A stretch of 64,000 nucleotides of DNA, taken from Haliotis cracherodii (taxonomy: Eukaryota). Positions 50,505 to 64,000 of this stretch are shown here, one piece after another (position 1 is the stretch's first letter; the number at the start of each line of letters is the position of its first letter). Made by a program: the position numbers and the translations under genes. Location of the stretch: assembly GCF_022045235.1 (NCBI RefSeq), contig NW_027266297.1, positions 30,132,001 to 30,196,000 on the forward strand, written 5' to 3'. The notes under the pieces were generated by a model. It was given only the letters and a program-made list of their open reading frames with translations, did not search any database and had not been told where the DNA came from.

Positions 50505-53500
50505 CTGAAATGCAATATATGAGAAATCATAACTTGATTGGGTGAGTGAGTTGAGTTTTAACGCCACTTTGAACAGTATAAAGTTATATCATGGCTTGAT
50601 GTTGGAGGCAGTGCTTGAAGTGATGCATGACACAGACTCTTAGGACCTCGGTGTGATGAGGGAACGCTTTAGCCAATCGGCTATCCCACCACTCCTACGA
50701 GAAAAACTTAGAAACAAAGTATTAAAAGAATCCATGCTGCCATGGTCTGGACTTTGACGATCAAATCACAGCAGTGTCACATTATGATATGAAGATTTGT
50801 TTGTTGTTTAACGCCGCATTCAGCAATATTCCAGCTATATGACAGCAGTCTGTAAATAATCGAGACTGGGCCACACAATCCAGTGATTGACACCATGAGC
50901 ATCGATCCATGCAATTGGGATACGATGACATGCATCAACCAAGTCAGCGAGCTTGACCACCCGATCCTTACGACAAGCATAGCCACCTTTTACGGTAAGC
51001 ATGGGTTGTTGAAGACCTATTCTACCCTGGATCTTCACTGGTCTATCACTATCACACATGTACTTCCAAGTATTCACCACAACCTGGCATTCTACACCAC
51101 TAAATCCCCTCTTTAGAATGAGCAAAGTGTATCAAACCCCTTTATTTCACTGGTTCCCTACAAGGAGCGACTATTACCTGCGAGTGTTTGAAGTGAGACT
51201 TGATCATCTGGCCGATGTTCTGAGTATGTGAGAGATCAAGAGCCGCATCAACCTCATCCAGGATGTAGATAGGTGCAGGTTTAAACAGCAGCATGGACAA
51301 GATGAGGGACAATGCCACTAAGGATCTGGAAGAGAGGAGTCAGTGAGTTTAATGCTACTTTGAATAATTTTTCAGACATGTCGACACAATTGATAACCAG
51401 TGTTAGAAATGAGAAAGTGACGTTGGCCCAGATGTGGTCAACGACCTGGTGGATGTGCTGGTGGACGCTGAATGCACACCTTTTGGCGTTAGGGCCATTC
51501 GGGCGAGTCGTCCCAAACAGATTAAGAAAAAAGATAAACCGTAGTTCAATAATGAACTAGTTCCATAGTCCTTGTCAAACGGCCCAATAGTTAAGGTATC
51601 ATAAAACTGTTAGTTTCTACAATGATAACATGCTCCACAGTATGGTGGCCATGTTTAGTCAAGTGTGAGATGTTTCAGTTAGTGCCATGTGTGAAATGAA
51701 CAGTAATAGTATTATAAAAACAACAATCATGTCTCACCTTTGACCTCCACTAAGTTCACCTAATGATTCCTTCCACACATCACCAAATGCGACCTTGACC
51801 TCCAGGCCATCAAGGACAGTCTGCCCTTCAGGGGGTGAGAGTTTGGCCTGTGTTCCAGGAAGGAGGGTTGAGAAGATGGAACCAAAGTCCTGAAACAAAC
51901 ACCTCTCCATAAAAATGTCTTATAACAAAACGTCGGAGATCAAATGAGATCCAAAAAACTTCAAAACATGAGAAGTGCTGTTAGTGTGTGATTGGGTCAA
52001 GTTTGACACTATTTTAGACACTATTTCATTAATATCACCACGTGTCACCTTACATAGAAAACCCAAGGGGAACAGCTAACAGACCAAGGACCATAAACAT
52101 GCCAGATCTAGAATACAAATCTTTGATCAGTGGATCTCGGCTAAACTAAGGGGCATAACTATCTACATTGCAATGGCACTACAAATGCTGATAAAACTTC
52201 AGCAATCTTGTACAAGAGGGTTGTGGGATTTCTGAATCATGTCAATCCTCACACCTTTGGAAAATTGTTTCATATAATCATTCAGTATTAACCGACTTCT
52301 GACACTATAGTTTTGAAACTATTTGACAGCGGGTTTAATAGACCAGGTGAAATATGGAAGGACATTCAAGGAATATTTCTTTTCCCGAGAATGTTATGTT
52401 ACATCAACCCCAAGTCTGACTGATGCTCTGGACTAGGTGGATTTGACCCCAATTCAATAACCACATAATGCACAGATTATAAATTCTATTTAATATCTAG
52501 AATAATTGTTGAAAGTAATTTTAAGAACAGCACCTAAAATGACAAAATCTTGAAATGATTACTACAAACTGTTCTTTCATTGAGGGCATAAGTTATAGAA
52601 ACAAATTCTGGCAAGTATAATTTCTGAGGAAACTTTTGACAGAAGTCAACAGGTCCTGATGCAATTTACAGCCAACTCTGGACATAACATCCTCTGTATC
52701 GCAGGTCACAATATAGGTATGAAACCAACCTTGTTGACTTGCTCCCAAGCTTTCTTCAAAGCTTCGTTCTTCTTTTCATCCAGTTCATTGATGACCGCAG
52801 CAATTTTAGCTTTGTCGTTAAGGACAATCTTCCTCTTCTTCATTAGGTCATTGTACTACAAGGATAAATTACATATTATCCACCAAGAACTGACATTCGT
52901 ACATAACAAAAACAAATGTTTTTGTCAATTTTTTGCTTGGCATTTGCACTCCACAAGATTCAAACTATTTTGGCGGCCTGTAAATAACATTCCAGAGATT
53001 GACAAAATCATTGATCAACACAACTGGGATTCAGTAAATTGTTATCAACAAAGTCATCAAGCCTGACCACCCAATCCATGACCATTTAGTCGCCTTCTAC
53101 TACAAGCTACATTGCTGGGACCTGTTTCTTACAGGAATCCCCACGAGGTGACAAACATAGGTTTCTGGGGACCTGTATTCTAAAAAGGAATCCCCATTGG
53201 TGTGCAATGAATAATTTTGATGATAATGAGTCATGCATTTAGGTAATCTATTTCTGTAACTTTCAAATAATTAATAAAACAAAAAGTCTAAAAACCCCAA
53301 AATACAAATAACAGCAATCCGATTAAGTTGAGTCCCAACAGACCTGTTCTTCTGCCTTGCCCAACATATTCATGGCCCTCATGTTGACATTCTTGGAGAG
53401 TTTGTCCTTGGTCTCCTGCAGTTTCTGGATCCTGCGTTCTGCTTCTTTGGGATTGTTGGTCTCGAAGTCATAGGCTGTATTTGGCTGACCAAAGTACTTC

Positions 53501-56500
53501 TTCTCATCAGCTATCCAGTCATACTTCATTATCATGGCTTCAACCTACAACAAAGTTTGTGTCAGTCTTCAAGTGGCCACAGGAACCAGTTACTTAGGAA
53601 CTTTGTGAAATTATGAAAAAGTCATACATGATCAGTTCCAAAAGATTTTATTTTAGACAGAGAACTATGAAAAGGGATACAAGAGGTGCTTGTATTCCCT
53701 TCTCTAAGATGTTTGTTTGTTTGTTGTGTAATGCTGCAATATTTCAGCTATTAGGGGACAGTCTGTAAATAAATGAGTCTGGACCAGACAACCTAGCAAC
53801 ATCATGAGCATCAATCTTTGCCACTGGGAGATGATGACATGCATCAACCAAGTCAGTGAGCCTAACCAACCGATCCAGTTAGTTACCTCTTACAATAAAC
53901 ATGGTTTGCTGAAGACCATTTCTAAGCCGGATCTATACAGGATACTCTACAATGCCTTAGACTGGCAGCTGAAATCAACCTCATTGCAGAAATCCTCGAG
54001 GTATTCATCAACATGGTCAACTTTAAGTAAGGAGAGTTCAAAAGTAATGTGATGTTGATAAATCGACCAACAAAATTATATTCTTGGCCATTTTTTTACA
54101 TAAATACCAAATACCAAAACAAATAATTCAAACCAAACTTGTAAAAAGAATCCCCATTCAGACATCATGTTGAGAGTTTCTAATGACCAACATCTGGTGC
54201 CAGTAACTCACCTGCTTCACAGCATCTCGGGAGTCTTTCTGGTGTTTGGTAATCTTGTGTTCCATCTCCTGGATCTTGAGCTGAGCGCTGTTGTTCTCCT
54301 TCTGCAGGTCCCTCTGAGCTGCCACCATGCTGTTGATGTCCTTGTTGCGCGACTTGAGCAGCTCCTTCTGCTGGTTCACCTCTCCCTGGGCCTCCTTCAC
54401 TGCAGCCTGCACACACAGGGGAGACAGGGGGTCAGAGCCTGGGCCCTCTAGCATGTCAATCCACTACGCACAGGGGGTCACAACATGGGCCCTCTAACAT
54501 ATATACCATACACACAGTGGAGACGGGGGTCAGAGCATGGGCCCCTCTAGCATGCCAATCCACTATACACACACGGGTCACAGCATGGACCCTTTAGCAT
54601 GTCAATCCACTATACACACACGGGTCACAGCATGGACCCTTTAGCATGTCAATCCACTATACACACACAGGTCACAGCATGGACCCTTTAGCATGTCAAT
54701 CCACTATACACACACTGGTCACAGCATGGACCCTTTAGCATATCAATACACTATACACACACAGGCCACAATATGGACCCTTTAGCATGTCAATACACTA
54801 TACACACACGGGTCACAACATGGGCTCTCTATCATGTCAATCTACTACACACAGGGGGTCACAACATGGACCCTCTAGCATGCCAATCCACTATACACAC
54901 ACAGGTCACAGCATGGACCCTTTACCATGTCAATCCACTATACACACTCGGGTCACAGCATGGACCCTTTAGCATGTCAATCCACTATACACACACGGGT
55001 CACAGCATGGACCCTTTAGGATATCAATACACTATACACACACAGGCCACAACATGGACCCTTTAGCATGTCAATCCACTATACACACACAGGTCAAAAC
55101 ATGGGCTCTCTAGCATGTCAATCCACTACACACAAGGGGTCACAACATGGGCTCTCTAGCATGTCAATCCACTACACACAGGGGGTCACAACATGGGCCC
55201 TCTAGCATGTCAATCCACTACACACGGGGGGTCACAACATGGGCCCTCTAACATGTCAATCCACTACACAAACAGGGGGTCACAACATGGTCAGAGCACA
55301 CAGTCACTGGTGGCTGTGGCTTGAATCATTAAAAAATATGTTACTACACAGCATAGTGGCTGTATGTCTTCATTGGTGATGGAGGAACATGGTGTATACA
55401 AGCCTGAGCGAATGAGTGAGTGCGTGAGTGAGCTGGGCCACTGCTTTGAACATATTAGCTTAATGTAAGAGGAAAGCCTGATGTGATGCGGGGCTTAGAT
55501 TTACCACTTTGGTAAAACCCATGAACACAGGTATGGTGCTGACAAACCTAGAAACATAATTGGGTGAACCCAGATTTGAAAATCCGATTATAAGTTTCTA
55601 GCATGTCCAAGAAATGAATCTCTGAACAGCAAATTGTGGCACCTTAGATGACTGGGCTACCAGTGCCCCAAAACAATCCTGTGCAGTATTGACAATGCAC
55701 AATAGAGACATATCTACATTATTATTGTAGTTTGAAATTAAACCTGAAAGTCACTATTTCCAAATCCTGAAATGGTTCCCTGATGTGATGCAATGCGAAT
55801 CATACTAGACTGGACTGTATTCTCGCTTCATACAGAGTCCAGTTTTCAATTTAATCCAGTCTTGGTGCAAACACATCCCCATATATCACAATAAGTGATT
55901 TGAAACAGATCAGTTTTAATGATTTGAAATTAAGTAGACAAGTACCAATTTCCTTACTGAATATGTTTGTTTAGTATGAGTAGAGCCAGGTATCTGGCCA
56001 CACTGGTGTGAGTAAAGGAGGAAATGCACATTTGTCTCACAAACAAGATAATAATTCACAATATGGAAATATAAACAAGGTGTCAACATAATTGTATTAA
56101 TTGTCAAAAAAGAAGCCTTGTTTGTTTGTTTGTTGTTTAACGCCGCACTCAGCAATGTTACAGCTATATGACGGCGGTCTGTAAATAATCGAGTCTGGAA
56201 CAGACAGTTCAGTGATTGACATCATTAGCATCGATCCACGCAATTGGGATAGATGACATGCATCAACCAAGTCAGTGAGCCTGACCACCTGATCCTGTTA
56301 GCCACCTCTTACGACAAGCAAAGTCGCCTTTTACGGCAGGCATGGGTTGCTGAAGACCTATTCTTCCCCCAAATAAGAAGCATGTTGTCAGTTGTTGGTC
56401 TGCTGTTGTGGAATATGTAAAATTCAAGTACTTTACAAAACCTTTTTCAAGACTGGTGTTGAAATTCACAAAACTTTGGCAAAAACAAAATAATAGAGCA

Positions 56501-59500
56501 AGGGAACTGTAGCTCACCTGTATATGCAGTCAACAGTTAAAGATGTCAACAAAAACAAAAACTTTCAGCATGGATAATTAAATATTTTACTTTACAAAAT
56601 GGATGAGTAATGGTGGCCATATTGAAAATCAGATAAGAACCTTTTGCACAAATTCAGTTGTCACCTCTGGTGGGAACAAGCATGTGAAGCTTCAGCTTCA
56701 ATGGTCCAGTGGTTTCGGAGAAGATCTTTACGAAGTACAACCAGGTCACAACATATGCCCACTTGACTTTCAGCATCATGATCTGATGATATTGTGTCAT
56801 GATTAATAGTTAAGGGGTGTATGATGCTAAAAGCTCTGATCGAAAACAGGACAATTCGGAAAATGATAATATTTTTTGGAGAATTTTTTTTCAATCTTTG
56901 ATTATATATTTACCATGTTTACGCGGAAGACGATTTTTCCCGAGGACAACTGTCATTTTGGGTAACCAAAATTTTTTATTTGGGCTTTTCCCAGTTTGTA
57001 GCATTTCCTACCTTTGTCTCCTGCAGCTTCTCCTGCAGTTGTTTCACCTGCTCGTCCAGATCGGCAGTGTTGGTGTCCACAGACTTCAGCTGTTCCTCGT
57101 AGTTGACGATCTCCTTCCGTAACTCCTCCGCCTCAAGCTTGATGCTATCCACCTCCTACACATACACCAATCACTTTGTATTGTGTTCAGTGGATCATGA
57201 GGGACAAATTGTAGGAACACCAGAACGTGGAACAAGGAGTCAGTATTTACGTCACTTCAGTCTTATAAAAAAATCCCATATGAACATCAAAATGTGTCCT
57301 TTACTTAAGAATTGACATCAATAGTTGTTTTTTTGGCGTTTATGGAGGCATTAACGTAAAAATCATTGTGCAAAATATGCAAGTTCACTTAACTTCACAG
57401 GCTGGATATTTGATCATTAACACACATAAAATGTAGACAACAGTAAAATACTACTGATATCGTTCAGCGCAATAATGCAACACAAACCACGCCCATTTTA
57501 TTATCAGCATATGAGGTAAAAGTAGTCTGTTAGTGGGTGTGTCTTCTTTCTTTGAGGGTCATGGAAACAAACGCAAAAGTAATTGCTTGGTTAGCCAATC
57601 AAATCCCACAGAATCACTTGCAGTCTATTTATACACGTATAATTGTTAGTTTTGAGGTCATATGACTGGACTAGTTCAGCGCCAAAGATGCATGTTTTGC
57701 AAATTTCACATTAAACAATTATTTCCTGTAGGTGTTCATAAAGGCATAGGGGTCTGGGGACTTTAGATGGTGAGTGAGTGAGGTTTGACTCCGCTTTTAG
57801 CAATATTCCAGCAATATCACGGAGGGGGACACCAGAAATGGGCTTCACACATTGTACCCATGTCGGGAATCGAACCCGGGTCTTTAACCACTTAACGAGC
57901 TTTAACCACTAAGCTACCCGACCGCCCACTTTAGATGGTGACAGAGGCTGGTCCGACTATAACCTACCACCAGCTTCTCCTTGGTCTTCTTGCTGGACTC
58001 CTGCATCTTCTTCTTAAGCTTGTTGACACTGTCCTCCGCCTCCTTCATCTCCTTCTCCCGGATGGCCTTGGCATTCTTGATCTTGTCCTGGAGATCCTTC
58101 ACCTTCTTGGCAGCTTTATTCTGCGTCTCTTCTGCTTTCTTCAGGATCCCCTCCTGCTCCTCTGTAACACCAAATCTTGCATGTGGATTCAAGGAAAACA
58201 TTATGCAAAGCACAATAGGGAGTCAGTGCTGCATCATCATCTTCGTTTGTTGTTTAACGCCGCACTCAGCAATATTCCAGCTATATGACGGCGGTCTGTA
58301 AATAATTGAGTCTGGACCAGACAATCCAGTGATTGATATTATGAGCATCGATCCACATAATTGTGATACAATGACATGCATCAACCAAGTCAGCGAGCCT
58401 GAACACCCGATCCGATTAGTCGCCTCTTGCGACAAGCATTGGGACAGGCACATTAATCCTAGATAGTTGGAAGAAATACTGCATATCCCTTCCAACTATC
58501 TAGGTTTCTTTTTAGAAACTAACAGCTTTAGACCGCTAGTCCTTATAATGATAACATATAGCAAAACCCTTAAAAAGTGCAAATTTCTAATAATCCTTAT
58601 GATACCTTAACTATTTGGCAGTTTGGCAAGGACTAGTGCCAATTTCTAAGACTGCACAGTGCAGTTTGTGGGTTCAATCCTAGATTCACCTCAGTTGTGA
58701 TCCTTGGACTGCCAGTACTATATACCTGTGCCCTGGGTTTCATTAAACATCTCACCTTTCATTTGTTTGGGCTTTCCTTTAACATCTAAATGCTGCGACA
58801 TAAGTGAAATATTCTTCAATATGGTATGAACTCACAGACTTTGCTGAGACTTAGCACTGTGACTGTAAACGTTAAAGCAATTCAGTTACAAAAGTGTTAC
58901 TGAGTTTGGTTTAATATTGCTTTGAACAGTATTTCAGTTATACAGGTGTGTGTCAGCATGATGTGGGTGGAAAGCCCACAGTGATGCTGGGCTTTGGCGT
59001 ATGCCACCCTGGTGAAGCCAACGGGCACCATGTGATGCTGACAAATCTAATCATGGCAATGATTCGAACCAATGATCATAGGATTCTGGTATGTCTAAGG
59101 GAAGGAACTCTACACAACAAATCACAGCACCAAAACAACTGCCGCCAGTGCCACTGAGTTATAACAAGACGTTGTAATGACCTGGTTTTCCTAAGAGCAA
59201 TGTCAACAGTGTATAGCCTTCTTACCAATGGAGTTGTTGAGACTGCTGATCTCCTCCAGCTGTTGGTGATGGGTGCTCTGTTCTAGCCGGGCCTTCACAA
59301 GCTCCGACTCATGGTTCTTCAACTCATACTGCTGTTTCAGTTGGGTGAACCTAGACAGGAGGGCAATCCATTACTGACAGTGATCATCAGGACATTTTAA
59401 CTATTGCAACAAAGTAGCAGGTTGTGGAGTTTGAAACAAGGTGAGGTGAGGTGAAATGGGGTTTAACGTCACGTCCAAGATTATTGCACTTATATAGCGA

Positions 59501-62500
59501 AGTACATGTACGTGTGTGTGTGGCTGCTTGTACTAGTCCGGACTGATGCCGATTTAAAGTGCCAGCTCATTGAGATACCATGCCGCAGTTTAACATGAAT
59601 ACCCCCACCTCAGACACAGTATACTGATTCCGAGCCGACCAGTCCTTGTTTTAGCCCCTTAATACTGAGTGCCAGACAGGGTAACAACAAGTACCATCTT
59701 TTAACGTCTTTTGGTATGACCCGGCCGGGGATCGAACCCCGTACCTTCTTCTCTCCAGGTGGACGCTCTACCACTAGACCACGGAGGCAGTCGTTTGAAA
59801 CAAGAGTCATCAGAAGATGACAAGAGACACCACCTAAGCCCCTGGCTAATACATGTACCAAGTTTGGATGGAAGCTCTTTCATGGTTTGCAAGTTATGCT
59901 CTGGAAACGAAATACAATGGACAGAGAGACAGAGTCAGACAGATCAGATGATGACAATATCCCCTGCATTATATGTTGGGGAAATAATGAAATTAGTAAA
60001 GAAATCCTAATTTGCATGATGTGAGTCTTTTTAAAGCATTACTTACTAGTTATATATCAGGACTAGTTTCACTTTAATACTTGAAATAGAAGTCAAGCAT
60101 GGCATCAGTGGTAACTATCAGGCAATCCCAATTATATACCACTAATTGTTTAGGAGAAAAGTAGAACACAATGTCAGTTTCACATTGGCAAGTTTTAAGT
60201 ACTTTAAGTTCTGCCTCTTTTTAGCACTGATACAGCCTTAGCCGACAAATCTTGAGTTCATAACATTGGTACTACTCCATGCAAGCCATGCCGTTCTTAC
60301 TTCTCGGAGGTGGACTTGATGGCAGCCAGCTCCTTCTCCACCTTCTGCAGCTGGTCTCTCTTGGCGCGCAGCTGCTCATCCACCTCCAGCACCTCCTGCA
60401 GCTTCTCCAGGATGGAGCTGGTCTGTGCGCGGGCACCTGGGGAAGCACAGGGAGCCCAGATTCAAGCACTTCACATCGTCAACACTCCACAGGTTTGTAT
60501 ACACATGTTCCTACATCACCTGTAGCTACATACGGCATAGTAATACCACTTGTCTATTTCTAGTAAGCTAATGAAAGGATCCCGAAGTCATGCAAAAGGT
60601 TGATTTGGTTTGTTGGTTTACGCCGCACTCAGCAATATTCCAGCTATAGGACGGCGGTCTGTGTAAATAATCGAGTCCGGATCAGACAATCCAGTGATTG
60701 ACATCATGAGCAACGATCCAAGCAGTTGGGATCGATGACATGGATCAACCAAGTCAGCGAGCCTGTCCACCCAATCCCGTTAGTCGCCTCTAAAAACGAG
60801 CAGTTGCCTATTATGGCAAGCATGTCATGCAATAGGGGATGTATCTCTGATTCAAAGCTGTCAAAGAATGTTTGTGTATTGTAAGCACTTGCTGGCTTCT
60901 CCCTCGCTTGATACGTTGGTTAAATATATGGATTACTCCGCATAGCGGCCATATGTATGCACTGGCGATGAAGGAATCTAGTGAACAAACCAGTGAAGTT
61001 TTTATGATGAACACTTTAGGACTGTCAAAGGATTTCAGTTACCTTTTACACCATACCTTTTAAACACCATACAGACAATTCCAAAGCAAGCAATCTTCAC
61101 TGTTGTGGCATACATTTGGAAATTCTTTTGAAAGTGGTTAGAACCCTGAGCTCTCACAGAACAAATGAAATATTAGTCTGAGTTATTTGACAACATTCAG
61201 TCTCAAAGAAACAAATACTATAAATACGCATAAATCATGTCCACAATTTCATGTTTTGGTTAATCAGTGAATGAAATAACAAAAATCAGTACAAATCCAA
61301 GCCAAGATGACAGGTAAAATAATTTGAAACAATCAACAGGTTCAGAATAGAGTGCAATTTCCTCCAGTTGAACTGCCAGTGACTATCATACCTCCAGTCA
61401 GGGTGCCAGCAGGGTCAAACGAGTCTCCCTCAAGTGTGACCGACTTCTTCATCACTTTCTCGTCAAATGTCACCTTTTTGGCTGTATTCATGTCCTCGCA
61501 CACAAAGGCCGAGCCGAACACATACTGCATGGCTGCCTCCAGGTCCTTCTGATAGCCGATCAGAGAAAGGGCTGTGTTCACATTGTCTTTGCCAACCTGA
61601 AATACAGCACGAAACTCACTGATCATTGAGGAACCATGGTACAAACACTATTTCTTACAATCTCTTTACCAGAAGAAATTAGGGACCAACTATGAAAAAT
61701 TCTTTTGTTTTAAAACTAAAATAATAGGCCGCAGGTGCTACCACAAAGAATTGTTCACGGTTTGGTTTGTTGCTTAACACCGCACTCAGCTATATGACGG
61801 CGGTAAATAATCGAGTCTGGAACAGAGAATCCAGTGATTGACATCATGAGCATCGATCCATGCATTAGAGATACTCTGACATGCATCAACCAAGTCAGTG
61901 AGCCTGACCACCCGATCCCGATAGTCGCCTCGTATGACTTGGAAAGTCGCTTTTTACGGCAAGCATGAGTTTTGAAGACCTATTCTAATCCGGATCTCCA
62001 CGGGTTGCTGAAGACCTATTCTACCCAGGATCTCCATGGGTTGAACTGTTTACTGGACATACAGGATGTACTTCAGTGGTCCTTCCCAAATAGTAGGGCT
62101 CCTCCATGCAGTGAAAAACTGTATATCTTCAACAACAATATTCAGGCCCAGCTCTATAATATCCCTTAAATGCTTTTATTTACAGTGCATTTCCTTCAAT
62201 CTTGACTATATTTCTCCACTATAAAATGAATTAATGTCTGCCAAAATTTAGGAAAACATAGGAAGACGTTAAAATAGGAAACAGGATGTGTCTTTTACCA
62301 GGTCCTGTGCTCTCTTGACTGTAGCATTATCAATGCTGCGTGCAGAGATCTTGTTGAGAGGGATGATCGTGTACCGCCGTCGTAGCTCCCCCTTCTGAAG
62401 CAGCTTCTTGCCCGTCACCTCCGTGTCCACCACTACATTGTACAGCTGCAACACAATAGGCTGTTATCTATCTGAACTTCCTCAGTCTCATCTCCCTTCT

Positions 62501-63326
62501 ACACAGGCGGAACACTCTGGGGGAGAAGAATGCTGATCACACATTACAATTCATCATCTTCATCCATCTCATCACAGCAGAGTTAGACATGTTCAAATTG
62601 TGTAGCATCCCTGGAGATGTTAGCCGTTTCTGCTGGTAAACATGGTTTTTAAATCAATTATACAAATTTTTAATCATTCGTCTAAAGCCTACGTCTAGTA
62701 ACATTCTGTCCCATCAAGTAAGCATTGAAACTGTAAGCTCAGCAGATAATTGTCCACAGGATGACACAAAAATCTACCGACAGTGAAGCAAAGAGCCAGT
62801 TTTGGGCTAGTAGACACTTTGGTCAGACTGCAAAAATATGTTACTTTTAATGGTGGGGATCCTAAAAATATATATAGAAAACCACAGGGCAAAGTTTGTT
62901 TGTTTGATGTTTCAAACGCACTCAGCAATATTCCAGCAATATGACGCGGTCTGTAAATAATCTAGTTTGGACCAGACAATCCAGGGATTGATATTATGAG
63001 CATCGATCCACGCAATTGGGATACGATGACATGTATCAATGAAGTCAGCGAACCTGACGTTAGTCACCTCTTACGACAAGCATTGCCGCCTTTTACAGAA
63101 GCATAGGTTGCTGAAGACCTATTCTACCCCGGATCTTCACGGGTCTTAGGCCAAAGTAACACATGAATCAGTCCTGTCAGCACTCACTCTTGACCCAGCA
63201 GCAACCTCCAGGGCTGTGGCGGTGCGCACTTCCTTCACCTTCACCAGCTTACACACCAAGCCGTGCACCTTAGAACGGTTAAAGTTCTTCTCAGGATCAG
63301 TATACTGGAAGTTGAGCTGTGGAAAT
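50286..63326 (-). CDS. SMC2: Structural maintenance of chromosomes protein 2 (condensin), 3' part: 13 coding exons from hinge to C-terminal head
   Basis: Hinge [16 protein letters not shown]...TIIPLNKI and [16 protein letters not shown]; signature LSGGQR; Walker [12 protein letters not shown]; [17 protein letters not shown]. All intron phases are consistent. Confidence 0.97.
51178..51325 (-). CDS. SMC2: SMC2 exon (Walker B)
   Basis: [49 protein letters not shown]. Confidence 0.97.
51738..51889 (-). CDS. SMC2: SMC2 exon (signature motif)
   Basis: [22 protein letters not shown]...[12 protein letters not shown]. Confidence 0.96.
52730..52855 (-). CDS. SMC2: SMC2 exon
   Basis: [42 protein letters not shown]; 126 nt. 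Confidence 0.95.
53344..53544 (-). CDS. SMC2: SMC2 exon
   Basis: [21 protein letters not shown]...[15 protein letters not shown]; 201 nt. Confidence 0.95.
54212..54406 (-). CDS. SMC2: SMC2 exon
   Basis: [17 protein letters not shown]...RDAVKQ; 195 nt. Confidence 0.93.
54411..55295. repeat. 47-bp minisatellite, about 18 copies, in an SMC2 intron
   Basis: Unit gggtcacagcatggaccctttagcatgtcaatccactatacacacac; period 47 (54575 to 54622). Confidence 0.92.
57012..57155 (-). CDS. SMC2: SMC2 exon
   Basis: [26 protein letters not shown]...; 144 nt. Confidence 0.92.
57770..57928 (-). mobile_element. SINE family A
   Basis: TSD actttagatggtga. Partial copies also at about 10165-10276, 16085-16195, 47995-48065 and 63946-64000. 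Confidence 0.88.
57968..58161 (-). CDS. SMC2: SMC2 exon (coiled coil)
   Basis: [20 protein letters not shown]...KTKEKLV; donor gtaggt (an alternative in-frame GT lies 3 nt away). Confidence 0.9.
59226..59350 (-). CDS. SMC2: SMC2 exon
   Basis: [41 protein letters not shown]; 125 nt. Confidence 0.92.
59440..59792 (-). mobile_element. SINE family D
   Basis: TSD tttgaaacaag. Other copies at about 5725-5790, 7225-7556, 11978-12036, 15020-15273 and 34318-34740. Confidence 0.9.
59798..59986 (+). mobile_element. Helitron/Helentron-like non-autonomous element
   Basis: aacaagag...gttatgctctggaaacgaa, GACA repeats, terminal hairpin atcccc...gggga. Confidence 0.6.
60301..60436 (-). CDS. SMC2: SMC2 exon
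   Basis: [44 protein letters not shown]; 136 nt. Confidence 0.92.
61392..61596 (-). CDS. SMC2: SMC2 exon
   Basis: [15 protein letters not shown]...FDPAGTLTG; 205 nt. Confidence 0.95.
62299..62445 (-). CDS. SMC2: SMC2 exon
   Basis: [36 protein letters not shown]; 147 nt. Confidence 0.95.
62895..63145 (-). mobile_element. Retroposon family C
   Basis: Full copy. Others at about 412-572, 35515-35742, 47435-47625, 50795-51042, 53712-53935, 56118-56370, 58245-58440, 60606-60825 and 61760-62041. Confidence 0.88.
63188..63326 (-). CDS. SMC2: SMC2 exon (hinge start)
   Basis: [46 protein letters not shown]; ccag/gtgagt. Confidence 0.93.
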
Positions 63327-63516
63327 CTGGAAATAAAACAGCAAATTACAGATCACATTTTTCATTCAGTTTAAGAAAGAAGCCAGATTAACTTTAACCA
63401 ATTTCTAATCTTTAGAAATAAGTCACACAAGTTTTCCATTTCCAGGTCTAACAATTCTATGAGTCTGTGTAGACAGTTTTTTCTGTATGACATTGCCTAG
63501 CATAGTAGTAAATGAT

Positions 63517-63752
63517 GTTTGTTGTTTAACGCCGCACTCAGCAATACTATATGACAGTGGTCTGTAAATAATCGAGTCTGGACCAGACAATCCAGTGAAA
63601 GACATCACTGGGATACGATCACATGCATCATCAACCAAGTCAGAGAGTCTGACCACCCGATCCCGTTAGTTGCCTCTTATGACAAGCATAGTCACCTTTT
63701 ACAGAAAGCATAGGTTGCTGAAGACCTGTTCTACCCCAGATCTTCACGGATC
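63517..63752 (-). mobile_element. Retroposon family C
   Basis: TSD tagtagt(a/t)aatga. Confidence 0.88.
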
Positions 63753-64000
63753 TAGTAGTTAATGAGAGTTAATCTGTACTGATAAACTTTATTTTGATAT
63801 CCTGACTTGGAAAAATTAACTGCTACATTTATACACTTTGAAAAACAAAACACAAATACATTTATAGTATTACACCAATATTTTCAAAAGTATTGTATTA
63901 CCATTATCACAATACATAACACAGTGTATTCTTCCAGACCTACTAGTGAGTGAGTGAGTATGTTTTTTCGCCGCTATTAGCAATATTCCAGCAATATCAC

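Overview
Eukaryotic, repeat-rich, AT-rich genomic DNA. The opine dehydrogenase and the SINE content suggest a mollusc, plausibly an abalone-like gastropod; this is inference. Genes: (1) an intronless octopine/tauropine-type opine dehydrogenase on the minus strand (20180->19017), with a premature TAA 13 codons before the apparent ancestral stop; (2) two tandem 4-exon apolipoprotein-L-like genes on the plus strand (39441-41870 and 45304-47412); (3) the 3' 13 coding exons of condensin subunit SMC2 on the minus strand (63326->50286; the 5' part lies outside the window). The rest contains four SINE-like families sharing one 3' stem-loop, several MITEs, Helitron/Helentron-like elements, minisatellites (52, 48, 47, 30, 23 and 21 bp) and microsatellites. 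Most notable: a non-tRNA retroposon whose fixed 5' head folds into a pseudoknotted three-way junction (candidate ribozyme or structured RNA), and a foldback-like inverted satellite structure enclosing the opine dehydrogenase gene. Most short ORFs in the track are repeat artefacts. All alignments and folds were done by eye.
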